DNA of 64,000 bases from Tubulanus polymorphus (GCF_964204645.1 NC_134031.1:11472088-11536087); one strand, 5' to 3'; counted from the first letter of the stretch, positions 47,256 to 58,050 are shown. Translations and numbers: made by a program. The notes: generated from the sequence alone by a model not told the origin.

Positions 47256-48647
47256 ATGGTAGATAGTTTTCCAAAAGCTTTCCAATATAATAAATCAATT
47301 AAATATAATATTCCAGCAATAGATTTTAATAAAGATATTACATATAGAAATGAAGTTTTAGATTCATTAACTAATTTAGAAATTTATGTTACTGAAACTA
47401 ATAATTTTAATGCAAAGATGGAAAATATATTTCATATATATTTAATTAATTTTAAAAAATTGAAAGATGAAAAACAATGGTTATTAAAATCTAATATGAA
47501 GTATTGGCAGATTCAATTAAATTTTGCTGTTTATTGTGCAACAACAGGATGTGGAATTAGTTGGAATGATCATTTGAATAATTCTAAATATAAATTAATT
47601 CAAAGTTTATTTAGATTTCATACATACTTTCAAATCAGAATAATATTAAATGAATTAGAGTGCGCTTTACCAGGATCTAGGTATTTCAAAGAATTAGATA
47701 ATAATATTAATTTATCTAAGTTTTATAAGATTTGCAATGAATTTAATATAGATATAAATAATTCTGATTTTAGAACAAAAATTGGAACAATAAGATCACT
47801 TCCATGCCCTAGAAAGATTGCAGAATATTGTGCACTTCCCATACCATCTAATAGTTTTTATAATATCTATAATAATAAATTAGGTTATGGTAAAATAGAA
47901 ACTAAGGATTTAGAAACATTAAATTTCAATAAATTGCCGAAATTTTATGATCATTTAAAACAAGAAAACAATAATGGTTGGGTTTATTTTATTTTAGAAA
48001 ATAGTGAAGGTTTTACTAAATCAGGTATAGAAAGAATAAATCAATCTATTAGAACTTATTTAATTTGTATTTTAGGTGCGCAAGTTGAAACAAGATCACC
48101 GATAATTGGAAATTTGAATACATCATTCGATACACAAAAACAGTTTAAAGTTTTATTTGAAGATTCCATACATAATGATAAAAATAGATCGATTCCAGAA
48201 AACATTATAAGATATCAAAATTATTTAGATAAATCTCATGTAAGACTTAATTATTGTATAGGCCCTAATCTATTAATTATTTCTAATGATTTAGTATTGA
48301 AGATGGGAAATATAATTGGTTATAATAATCTAATTAAAACTGCGACAATAAATAATTCATTTGGGTTAAATGATATAAATAAAAAGATTATCACTGCTCC
48401 AAAATTAATGGAAGGTGAAAAAAATAAAAAACATATTCAATCAACAGAAACTAAAACTAAGAATATTAAATTAAATAATGATTCTAAAATAAAAGATTAC
48501 AATACATCAGAAAATAATAGAACTGATATTATTCAACATGATATAATTAAACTAAATGATGATAATAAATCCCATGAAAATACTAAATTAGCTATAACTT
48601 GTATAGGAATTGTAATCGGAGGAATATTTAATTTTTTTATTATGTAA
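47256..48647 (+). CDS. Hypothetical 463-aa protein with C-terminal TM anchor
   Basis: Long intact ORF; decayed homologue at 20797-22061. Confidence 0.8.
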   Translation: MVDSFPKAFQYNKSIKYNIPAIDFNKDITYRNEVLDSLTNLEIYVTETNNFNAKMENIFHIYLINFKKLKDEKQWLLKSNMKYWQIQLNFAVYCATTGCGISWNDHLNNSKYKLIQSLFRFHTYFQIRIILNELECALPGSRYFKELDNNINLSKFYKICNEFNIDINNSDFRTKIGTIRSLPCPRKIAEYCALPIPSNSFYNIYNNKLGYGKIETKDLETLNFNKLPKFYDHLKQENNNGWVYFILENSEGFTKSGIERINQSIRTYLICILGAQVETRSPIIGNLNTSFDTQKQFKVLFEDSIHNDKNRSIPENIIRYQNYLDKSHVRLNYCIGPNLLIISNDLVLKMGNIIGYNNLIKTATINNSFGLNDINKKIITAPKLMEGEKNKKHIQSTETKTKNIKLNNDSKIKDYNTSENNRTDIIQHDIIKLNDDNKSHENTKLAITCIGIVIGGIFNFFIM

Positions 48648-50120
48648 ATGGATGTAGAAGGTGGAGAAGATTATGAAATGGGAGAAATGGGAAATAATAA
48701 TGAAGGATATATTGATGATGATTATAATGATGCAGAAACTAATATTGATAATGATGATGAATCAGCATATAATTCTAATTTAGCAGATAGTGGTTCTAAA
48801 GCCCCATCAACAGATGAATTTGATAGAAGAACTAGATCGAGAATAAATCCTGAAAATGAAAATCAAGGTTTATCAAGACAAAATTTAGAAAATATTGAAT
48901 TTATGTATGATTTTCAACGTGTATTTAAAGATTCTGGATATAATATAAATGCCAGAGGCGCCAGACTTTTAGTAAAAGAATTAAAATCTTTAGATGGTGA
49001 ATATTATTATCATTTGAAAGATGATTATTATATTGATATCTCTTATAAAAAAGGAGAAAAAATATTAGCAAAATCAACTTTGCTTAAGTCTGACTCATTA
49101 CTATCTAGAATTAAAAGAATAAGTAATAGTAATGAAATAGAAGATGTAACACAAGAAGAAATTATTAAAAATGAAAGAGTATTTAAACAAAGAATTAATA
49201 AATTATTTGAAACAATCAAAGATAATCCAGAAACAGAAACAACTTCTGAACAGAATATAACTTCCAAAACTAGTAAACTTAAATCAAACACTGAAGTTCA
49301 AACTGAAAAACTTTTACCGAATGGATTACTTGATGCAACAGATCAAGAAATAGAAGCTTTAAGTATGTTTTCTAAAAAAACAATTAGAGAAATAATAAGT
49401 ATACGAAATGATGCCGATAAAATTGCGCGCGAAAAACATATTAGATATAATAAAATTAAACCTTTAGAAAATAAATTATTTGACACCAGAAAAGAATTAG
49501 AACAATTAAAATTAGATAGAGAATTTAAAGTTATTGAAGAAATTGAATTTAAAAAAAGAAATGCATATTTAGAAAAAGAAATTGATGATTTAGAATATAA
49601 CATAGAATTTCAGAAAGAAAAAATGAAATTATTATTAAAATCATACGATTATTGTATCAATAGATTAAAAGTTGTTGTTAAAGAGTTAATACTAAAACCA
49701 AATTCTGACATATCACTAAAAGATAGAATAAAATTATTATTTAAGTTTGAAGGAATAACAGTTCTTTCAATTCTAACAGCTGTAACTATGTTATTTACAA
49801 CAATTGGTTTAGCAATATCAAATGCTTTAAAATCTACTCCTACTCCCACTCCCAATAAACCAGATAAACCTCCAGGCAATAATTCTATACAAGATAAAGT
49901 TAAAGATGGTTTAAAGAAATTAGCAAAATATTTATGGGAACTATCTAAAAAATCTGCTGCAGCATTGCCAGGAGTTATTGCATCAATTGTTGGTTTTATA
50001 TTGAAATCTGCAGGAAACATTATTAACTTTGCTGCTGAACATATTATTTTATTTTTAATTACAGTTGTAAGTGCTATTATTTTTGGTTTAGTAAATATGA
50101 TATCAAAAAATATCAAGTAA
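48648..50120 (+). CDS. Coiled-coil protein with hydrophobic C-terminus (candidate membrane-active virion protein)
   Basis: C-terminal third conserved in Mav-1 and Mav-2. Confidence 0.8.
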   Translation: MDVEGGEDYEMGEMGNNNEGYIDDDYNDAETNIDNDDESAYNSNLADSGSKAPSTDEFDRRTRSRINPENENQGLSRQNLENIEFMYDFQRVFKDSGYNINARGARLLVKELKSLDGEYYYHLKDDYYIDISYKKGEKILAKSTLLKSDSLLSRIKRISNSNEIEDVTQEEIIKNERVFKQRINKLFETIKDNPETETTSEQNITSKTSKLKSNTEVQTEKLLPNGLLDATDQEIEALSMFSKKTIREIISIRNDADKIAREKHIRYNKIKPLENKLFDTRKELEQLKLDREFKVIEEIEFKKRNAYLEKEIDDLEYNIEFQKEKMKLLLKSYDYCINRLKVVVKELILKPNSDISLKDRIKLLFKFEGITVLSILTAVTMLFTTIGLAISNALKSTPTPTPNKPDKPPGNNSIQDKVKDGLKKLAKYLWELSKKSAAALPGVIASIVGFILKSAGNIINFAAEHIILFLITVVSAIIFGLVNMISKNIK

Positions 50121-50160
50121 ACCATGATTAAAAATAAATAATTAATTTTTTGTTAAATAA

Positions 50161-51408
50161 ATGAGTGGGAGTTATATCAATCCTTCTAAGAATCATAGAA
50201 TATCTAATGCTATTAAAGCAGAAAGATCACATCATATAATTACTCATAACCCTTCAAATATTAATCCCGATGAAACTTTATACGTTAGAATCCCTCGATT
50301 AACACAAAATACTTTTTATGTTCCAAATAGTATTTATTTATCAGCCGATATAAAAGTAATCGGTAATAATAATAATTATGTCGTTGATAATGTTGGAAGA
50401 TATTTGATTAAAAAGTTAACAATAAAGATTGGTCCAGAAACAGTTTTCTCATTAGATGATTATAATTTATTTTCACATTATAAAGATTTATGGTTAACTA
50501 AAGAAAATAGAAATAATATGATATTTCAAGGAATTCAATCAGAAAACCAAAATAAATTAAGATCAGAAGCTAATAGCGCAATATTAACTAATGATGTAGA
50601 TAAATTGATAAAAAGTATATATGGAAGCAAATATAAAATTCCATTGGACTTTGAATTGATAAATAATAATGCACCTTTATATAAATACGCAATTCAAGAA
50701 GATATTATATTTGAGATAACATTTGCTCCTGTAAATGAAATTGTATTATCTAGCGTTAATAAAGATATGAGTTATAAATTATCGAATATATGTTTAGAAT
50801 ATGATACCGTAACTGATGAAAATATTTCAAGTATAATTCAAACTCAATACAATCAAGGGTTTTCATTATTATATGATTATATTGATAAATTTAAAACTGT
50901 AACTATTAATGCAAATGATGAAATAATTAATGAGAATATTAACTTTCCTAGAAGATCTATTAAAGGTATATTAATATTTTTTACCATTGGAACGTATACT
51001 AATGGCGCAATAAATGTTGATAATTATTATAATCCTGAAATAACAAAAGTAGAAATAACTATCGAAGGAATAGCAAATAAAATATTTTGTCAAGGAATGA
51101 GAATGATTGATCAATGGCCAGAAATTAGAAAACATTTTATGAATGAAAAAATAAAATCATCTGAAGATTGTAACATTAATCAAATTGATTATTATACCGG
51201 TAATAAATATGCATTATGGTTAGATTTTAGAACAACAGAGGATAATTCATTACATGGTTCTGGGAAAAAACTACAGAACACTAAAGATGGAATACAATTA
51301 TTCATGACAAAGAAAAAGGGAATCAAAAATTTTAAAATGCACATTTATATTATATCTGACGCGCAATTAAATATTGTAAATTCACAATTAGATAGTGTTA
51401 TGTATTAA
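50161..51408 (+). CDS. Mav-3 major capsid protein
   Basis: Intact 415 aa, strongly conserved with the GC-rich Mav-2 ORF; size and context of Maverick MCP. Confidence 0.87.
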   Translation: MSGSYINPSKNHRISNAIKAERSHHIITHNPSNINPDETLYVRIPRLTQNTFYVPNSIYLSADIKVIGNNNNYVVDNVGRYLIKKLTIKIGPETVFSLDDYNLFSHYKDLWLTKENRNNMIFQGIQSENQNKLRSEANSAILTNDVDKLIKSIYGSKYKIPLDFELINNNAPLYKYAIQEDIIFEITFAPVNEIVLSSVNKDMSYKLSNICLEYDTVTDENISSIIQTQYNQGFSLLYDYIDKFKTVTINANDEIINENINFPRRSIKGILIFFTIGTYTNGAINVDNYYNPEITKVEITIEGIANKIFCQGMRMIDQWPEIRKHFMNEKIKSSEDCNINQIDYYTGNKYALWLDFRTTEDNSLHGSGKKLQNTKDGIQLFMTKKKGIKNFKMHIYIISDAQLNIVNSQLDSVMY

Positions 51409-51440
51409 AATTTTAACTTTAATAAAAATTTATTATATAA

Positions 51441-52504
51441 ATGGAAGGAGGTAAAGTATATGAAAGAATCAAAGCTGATAAAGAAATCAATGATGATTTG
51501 TATTATGTAATACCTTATAAAAGAATAAATGAATATATTGGAACATTTTTATTAAATGAATTAAATCAATACAAAGAATATTTAATTGAACGTAATAATA
51601 ATATTGATATAAAAATAGAAGATAATATTGAAACAAAAATAGAAGATAATATTAAAACAAAAATAGATAATAATATTGAAACAAAAATAGAAGATAATGT
51701 TATACCTTCTACATCGAATGATGATAAGATTGAAACAAAAATAGAACATAATATTGAACCTAAAATAGAAAAATCAAATGTTCAACCAAAAGATAACATC
51801 AGATGTATGTATTGTGAAGAAGATTTTGATAATAATAATGATTATTTATTACACATAAAAAAAGATGAACATATTTTACAATTAGTAAAAACATATGCCA
51901 ATATATATAAAGATAAATGCAAAGAGGATCAGAATTATTGTGCCTTCTGTAATGAATGTATAACAAAGGCTAATTGGGCAAAACATTATAAATTAAAAAC
52001 AAAAGGTGGAAATGATTCAGCCCATGCAATACAAGTATTTAAATCTTGGTGTGAAAAATGTAAAGAATATGTAATATATGATAAACAATTGAATCATACT
52101 CAATTAAACATATTGGTACAGATAATGTAATAGAAAATCCAACAGTTATAAATCCAAAATTTAATAATAAGAATATATTAGATTATCGGTGGTATAGAAA
52201 AACATTTATAGATTATTTATTGAGTAATGATATAGTTACCATATTGAAAAAGTTAGATAACTTTAAACCAAATGTAACTTATGCAATGAACTTATTTGAA
52301 CTTAAATATGATGATTTTAGAGAATTTTTAAATAAACATCCATCTAAAACTGAAATCGAAAATTATATTCCAAAAATATTTTCAAGAAAAACATTCAATA
52401 AATATAAACTCGGGAATCATTCAGGAATTATATCAAAGAAAATGCAAAGGGATATATATTTAGAATACAATAAGCTTAAAGAAAAATATGAAAATGAAAA
52501 TTAA
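51441..52504 (+). pseudogene. Zinc-finger protein with IETKIEDN repeats; apparent 4-bp deletion near 52097 splits it into ORFs 51441-52130 and 52220-52504
   Basis: CMYC..H..H, CAFC, CEKC; frame upstream of 52220 is open back to KHIGTDNV; Mav-1 reads NHKYSI*HIGT. Confidence 0.7.
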
Positions 52505-52509
52505 AAAGA

Positions 52510-52874
52510 TTATAGAATTCACTGTATATTGATGGATGAATGGATGAGTTGGATGAGTTGGATGAGTGGAAGAGTGGAAGAGTGTAATAATATATATATT
52601 TTACTTTTTAACACATAAATTGGAAGAATAGTATGAGTATAAATATAATATTTATATTCTTTATTAAATTTAACACAATATATATATTATTAAAATAATA
52701 TTTAAATATAATATAAAATTGATAAAATAACTTCAAATCAAACTCTTACTGTTTTAAAAATAAAAAACATATGTAAATTATATATTATTACACTCATCCA
52801 TTCATCCACTCTTCCAATTCATCCAATTCATCCAATTCATCCACTCATCCATCAATATACAGTGAATTCTATAA
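52510..52874. repeat. Inverted repeat (~85-95-bp arms built of 9-bp TGGATGAGT-type units) between convergent gene blocks
   Basis: TATAGAATTCACTGTATATTGATGGATGA...GAGTGTAATAATATA versus its reverse complement at ~52780-52874. Confidence 0.9.
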
Positions 52875-52891
52875 TATTTTGAATTAGGATT

Positions 52892-53506
52892 TTATTTTAT
52901 AAATTTATATTCATATGGAAATTGTAATCTCATTAATAATTTTGAACCTTTATTATTCTTTAATTTATTCATATATTCATCATGTAATTCAGTAGGTATA
53001 ATTTGATTTTCTTCCAATGATTGTTGCATAGATTTTCTATCTTTGTTGTAGAATAAAACTAGAAATCTTATATTCTCTCTAAAATCTTTCACAATTGAAT
53101 TATATTTCTGATTTAAAACCCAAGTTGTTATCCCAAAATGTCTCCCAGAGAAAGCTAAATAACATAACTCACTTTCTCTAATTTTAGAATCATGTAAATT
53201 TGCGCAATCATCGATAATAAATAATGTATTAGATCCTTTATAAATATCTAATGCAATTTTTATACAATTATCTAAATTATCTTTCACTGTTTTAGAATTT
53301 AATATAATAAACTTTTTATCTTTAAAAACTATATCTCTATTATACGTTTTATTCATTTCATAAGTAGGACAGAATAATATTATATTATCAAAATGATTTT
53401 TATAAATAGTTTCTAATAAATATAATATGAAGTGTGTTTTACCACAATTTGTAACTCCAGTAACTAACATATTATGTGGTTCAAATATAAACAAATCTTT
53501 ATTCAT
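52892..53506 (-). CDS. Mav-3 A32/FtsK-like packaging ATPase
   Basis: GVTNCGKT, LFIIDD, SGRH. Confidence 0.96.
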   Translation of the reverse strand: MNKDLFIFEPHNMLVTGVTNCGKTHFILYLLETIYKNHFDNIILFCPTYEMNKTYNRDIVFKDKKFIILNSKTVKDNLDNCIKIALDIYKGSNTLFIIDDCANLHDSKIRESELCYLAFSGRHFGITTWVLNQKYNSIVKDFRENIRFLVLFYNKDRKSMQQSLEENQIIPTELHDEYMNKLKNNKGSKLLMRLQFPYEYKFIK

Positions 53507-54599
53507 TTATTCTTTTAATTTTACTAGATAAAATCCATTCATTAAATTTATCATCATATCCTTTATATTTCACCAAAGAATACTTTTTTCCTTTAAGAGT
53601 TTTTGTTTTCAATACTTTTTCTATTTTGTATTCTATTTCATCTGGATTTGGTACAAGTGATAATTCTTGTTCATAGAAATAACCTAATATTTCTTCATCT
53701 TTTAAATTTTCTAATTTATAAACAAATGGTTTAGTTAATATTATCTTTTTAATCTTGAATATTTCTTCAGTAAAATTGGGGGTATAACCTTTATAAAATG
53801 TTTTTCGATATTTAGAAATTCTAACATGTTGTCCTATTTTAAATTTCGGTTCTCCAAAATCATGTGTAACAAATGCTCCATATAAATTATTCCAAACTAT
53901 TTCTGAATTTTCTTCTTTTCTAGCTTGTATAGGTTTCATATTTATAGAACTATGTTTAGAATTATTATAACCTTTAACTAAATCATCTAACATATTTATA
54001 GACTCATCGATATATTTATATGTTTCATTAGCGGTGAAATATTTCCACATTCTAGTTTTCAATGTTTTATTAAATCTTTCTATAACAGATGCTTTTTTAT
54101 CTGAATGTGTTGAAAAATATTCTACATCGTTATCAGTTAATAGTTTTTTAAAATGTTTGTTATAAAATTCTTTACCTTCATCAAATTGTATTTTATCTGG
54201 GATAGCTTCTTTAAATATTAATTTGAAAGAATTTGTAACTTCTATACCAGTTTTATTTTTAATCGGGATACTCCATGCGTATCTACTGAATATATCTATA
54301 ACATTTAGTATCCAAAAATATCCTTTGTTATATTCTTCTAAGTTCTTCATGTCAATTAAATCTGCTTGCCATTGTTGATCGATATATGAAACCATTACTT
54401 TTCTTGTTAAATATTTTTTATCCATCTTTTTATGAATTTGATATGTGGGTTGATTTTTTAACCATGATTTTAATTCACTATATTTTATTTTTTCTTTATC
54501 AGATTTAATTTTATCCCATAATTCCGAAACACTTGAATATGAAACTTCACTTTCTGGGTTATAATATAAATCTCTTAAATATTGTTCTTTTTTCATCAT
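53499..54599 (-). CDS. Mav-3 retroviral-type (DDE) integrase with C-terminal chromodomain
   Basis: WQADLIDM, IQFDEGKEF, IERFNKTLK; YKIEKVL...VKYKGYDDKFNEWI. Confidence 0.97.
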   Translation of the reverse strand: MMKKEQYLRDLYYNPESEVSYSSVSELWDKIKSDKEKIKYSELKSWLKNQPTYQIHKKMDKKYLTRKVMVSYIDQQWQADLIDMKNLEEYNKGYFWILNVIDIFSRYAWSIPIKNKTGIEVTNSFKLIFKEAIPDKIQFDEGKEFYNKHFKKLLTDNDVEYFSTHSDKKASVIERFNKTLKTRMWKYFTANETYKYIDESINMLDDLVKGYNNSKHSSINMKPIQARKEENSEIVWNNLYGAFVTHDFGEPKFKIGQHVRISKYRKTFYKGYTPNFTEEIFKIKKIILTKPFVYKLENLKDEEILGYFYEQELSLVPNPDEIEYKIEKVLKTKTLKGKKYSLVKYKGYDDKFNEWILSSKIKRINE

Positions 54600-54602
54600 A
54601 TT

Positions 54603-54971
54603 TTAATCCATTAATAATATTTTAGATTTATTTTCATTTGATTTATGATTTGACTTATTTTCGGGTATGATAGGTTTATCATCATTGGAATCATCTTTAT
54701 CATCAGATTTGAATTTTGATTTATATATTACACCGGAGAATATAATAATTGTGATTAACCCAATTGTAATATATAAGTAATTATTTCTTCCACTATTAGA
54801 AGAATCAGATGGATTATTATTTGAATTAATATCAGATAATTTCTGTGATTCATTTATATCAGTTAATTTCTTTTTCTTAGCTTTTTTTAATTCTGATGAT
54901 CTTTTACCTAATTCTCTTGCCCATTTAATTTGTTTCTCGGATCTAGCCTTTTTCTCAACGCTATCACTCAT
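54603..54971 (-). CDS. Small basic single-TM protein (122 aa)
   Basis: Homologues in Mav-1 and Mav-2. Confidence 0.8.
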   Translation of the reverse strand: MSDSVEKKARSEKQIKWARELGKRSSELKKAKKKKLTDINESQKLSDINSNNNPSDSSNSGRNNYLYITIGLITIIIFSGVIYKSKFKSDDKDDSNDDKPIIPENKSNHKSNENKSKILLMD

Positions 54972-55566
54972 TTATTTTAGTTAATTTTTGTTCTGATTCA
55001 TTTTCTGTTTCGCGGTTTGGTTGTAGTACATCTGTTTCGTTCTTACCTGATTTATATTCCATAGGTTTGATGTTCGAAAATGTTATGACGCCAGTAGAAA
55101 TTAATGTCATAACCGATCCTAATTGAAATGAAGCATAACCGACCCATTTTTGTAATTCAGTCATAACTAAGTAGTCATTTTTCAAATCACTATATAATTT
55201 ATTTTCATCATCAATTGGTATTAACTGGTTACATAATTTTGAATAACATTTGACAATACCATTCGAAATAGAATCATTTATTCTAGCTAATCTTGACTCT
55301 TCATAAATCTTAAAATATTTGATTACTTTATCTGGTTTCATAGCATCTAGTTCTTGAAAAGTAATGATTCTATTTAAAAACTCCTTAGATTTCCCGCCAG
55401 CAATTAATAATTCAAGATGATGCTTACAATATAAATAGTATTCATAATCTATATTGTTATTAACTTGAATAGAATTAGAAACAACTGTATCTTTATTATC
55501 ACTAATACCTAAATCATCTAATGTCTTTTCAATATCAATATTATTCTTACTCGATTTCTTTGACAT
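54964..55566 (-). CDS. Conserved Maverick protein (200 aa)
   Basis: Homologues in Mav-1 and Mav-2. Confidence 0.8.
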   Translation of the reverse strand: MSKKSSKNNIDIEKTLDDLGISDNKDTVVSNSIQVNNNIDYEYYLYCKHHLELLIAGGKSKEFLNRIITFQELDAMKPDKVIKYFKIYEESRLARINDSISNGIVKCYSKLCNQLIPIDDENKLYSDLKNDYLVMTELQKWVGYASFQLGSVMTLISTGVITFSNIKPMEYKSGKNETDVLQPNRETENESEQKLTKINE

Positions 55567-55977
55567 TTATATTAGAGGAAAAAAGCAAAAAAAATATTAT
55601 AAGTATTCTTCAAATGATACTAGTATCTCTTTAGGTTAATACTAAATTGACTAGGTTAGTTAAAGTTAAAGAATTTCTATTCAAATCTATTCAAAATCTA
55701 TTCAATCTAATGTCAATTAGAATTACCAAAAGAAAATATTGAAAATATAATAGAATTCACTAGCTAGTTGAAGTTATTGTTTTTTTATTATATTTTATTT
55801 AAATTAGGATTTAATATCTCACTACTATTGTCTATCTATTAGGAGCAGTAATTATAACTGTCCAGATAAGTCATTTCGGATCCTCGATAATAAATCCTCA
55901 AACTGAAAATAAATTCAAAGAAACGACTGGTGGAAATATTATTTCATAAACACATATATTTATTATACAAATTTTAG

Positions 55978-56178
55978 CGATCAATAATAGAACAATGGAG
56001 AACAATAGAAATGCGGTCCAATCGGACCGGTTATTGCGCAATACACAGTTAACAGTAAACAATCAATACGGAGCAACCGCCGCCATTAACAACGATCAAT
56101 AATAGAACAATGGAGAACAATAGAAATGCGGTCCAATCGGACCGGTTATTGCGCAATACACAGTTAACAGTAAACAAT
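55978..56178. repeat. Direct repeat of an ~86-bp unit (period 115) rich in metazoan TF-site consensus sequences
   Basis: Copies at 55978-56063 and 56093-56178. Confidence 0.9.
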
Positions 56179-56249
56179 ACAATATTAAAACAGATATATA
56201 CAATCGAGATTACATTTTTGATATCTAAGACCTCCTTCAGTATTATGAT

Positions 56250-56978
56250 TTATAATTTTGTCCAGAATTCTTTAATTACTGGATTGTTTCCAATCATTTC
56301 TTCAATTTCTGGTAAATGTCTTACTACTTCACTAAATGCTAATCCTAATATTTTGAATTTTTCATATTTTATTAATCTACCTACTCTTCTCAGTTTTCTT
56401 TCAAAACCGGCACTGATATCTATGTTCTTTTTAACCCACAGTCCCCAAGAAATCCCCTCAGTTTCTTTATCAAACATTGAAAACCCTATATTTAGATAAC
56501 CCCCGAAAATGATGTGGTCCCATAGGTGATTTGCTTTTCTATTTAATATGGTTTTATAACTTTTTTTTAAGATATCAGTAATTTCAGCAAATGAAATAAC
56601 TTCTACACTTTGTATTTCCGGAAAGTTTAAATGTTCTGTGTCAATGATTAATTTAGATTTTAAAAACTCGTTCAACTCTTCTCCACTCATTTTCTTAGTT
56701 TTCGATTCTTTGAGCCCCAACAGCAATTTGAGTCGCGTTGCTGGTAATTTTGGTAATTGTAGTTCGCGCGGTAATTGTTTATTATATATTACATCACTCA
56801 GAATTTTCACCATTTCTTGATGATAGTCCAAATGTTCTTGTAATTTTTGTGAAGTTTGTTCGTCAATTACGAGAGTTTCATCCACCATTTCTATTGATTC
56901 CTGAGTTTCACTATCCAGTAGCAATCGTTCCTCATCCGTTGGTTGGCTTAGAATTTCTGGTTGATCTTTGTGTTCCAT
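56250..56978 (-). CDS. Hypothetical 242-aa protein preceded by a predicted 5'-UTR intron (57072-56985)
   Basis: Intact ORF, less AT-rich than neighbours; GTAAGT...TTTTAG ends 6 nt before the ATG. Confidence 0.75.
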   Translation of the reverse strand: MEHKDQPEILSQPTDEERLLLDSETQESIEMVDETLVIDEQTSQKLQEHLDYHQEMVKILSDVIYNKQLPRELQLPKLPATRLKLLLGLKESKTKKMSGEELNEFLKSKLIIDTEHLNFPEIQSVEVISFAEITDILKKSYKTILNRKANHLWDHIIFGGYLNIGFSMFDKETEGISWGLWVKKNIDISAGFERKLRRVGRLIKYEKFKILGLAFSEVVRHLPEIEEMIGNNPVIKEFWTKL

Positions 56979-57399
56979 TTTAATCTAAAAGATATCGTGA
57001 AAATGAATTACTGTACTTTAATATGTTTAAAGGTTTCCCTACTTCATAATAACTACAAAAAACGGTACTTACATTTAGATTTAGAACTGTAAACTGTGTT
57101 TTGAGAGAGAATATCCAATACGTACTATGTATGTGAAAGTTGATTTCTAACTGCCGACGTGGCGCACGTTCGACCAAACTAATTACTTCTGCATGTTTGC
57201 CTGGATTGTAACAGATGTTCCTTTGTGATGTAATTGATTAATCCTTTTCAACTGAAATAGCACATTCGATCAATATTCAAATGAGGTGCGCCCCATTCAA
57301 CTGAATATGAAATACGGCACAGATGTTTTTGTAAACAACCTAATACAATTAAATATAGGCGGTTTGACATAGATCGAGAGTAACCGGTTTTCTAAGCAC

Positions 57400-58050
57400 T
57401 TAAGCTTCAACGTATTTTTCATTATGTGTTGAATTCCATAATTCAACAAATGTCTTTGCTTTATCCAGTTTATCTAAATATAACTGTATATCTAGTTTAT
57501 TAGATTTAATTATATTTTCTTTCTTTTCAAGAGGCCTTAAATTTCTCCAACCCCAAATAAGTTTTTTATTGTATTCATCATTCATGTCAAATTTAGAAAT
57601 CGGCAACACATGATCAATATGAAAGTATTCACCATAATTATCTATATTCATTTTATCGTCGAATTGATATATTATCCATGATTTTAAGAATTCATCTGAA
57701 CAACCCAATAAATTAGATAGTGTTTTTGAATGCGTTTCTTTGTTGAATAATTGTGTTAATCTAGATCTTAAACACTGTTTCAATCTAAAATTAAGATCTG
57801 TTTGATATCTTTCTCTCATATATTCTGCCATATAATAATTATAATGTTCTATATTATCTTCTCGGTATTGTTTGGTGTATAGTTTAAAACAAGTTTTACA
57901 GCAATATTGAAAACCATCTTTGCTAATCTTACGCTTACTAAATTCTGTTAATGATTTATCTAATTCACATTTAGAACACTTCTTGTAGTATATGTTTATA
58001 ACGCCAGTGTTATTTGTAATATTGATAATTTGTGGTTGTTCTGGTTCCAT
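57400..58050 (-). CDS. Zinc-ribbon plus HNH endonuclease-like protein
   Basis: CSKC...CKTC; HIDHVLPIS...NLRPL...EN. Confidence 0.8.
   Translation of the reverse strand: MEPEQPQIINITNNTGVINIYYKKCSKCELDKSLTEFSKRKISKDGFQYCCKTCFKLYTKQYREDNIEHYNYYMAEYMRERYQTDLNFRLKQCLRSRLTQLFNKETHSKTLSNLLGCSDEFLKSWIIYQFDDKMNIDNYGEYFHIDHVLPISKFDMNDEYNKKLIWGWRNLRPLEKKENIIKSNKLDIQLYLDKLDKAKTFVELWNSTHNEKYVEA

Noticed and set aside
55978-56178. Self-cleaving ribozyme in the duplicated unit
   Set aside because: No hammerhead core (CUGANGA/GAAA) or HDV-like pattern visible on either strand.
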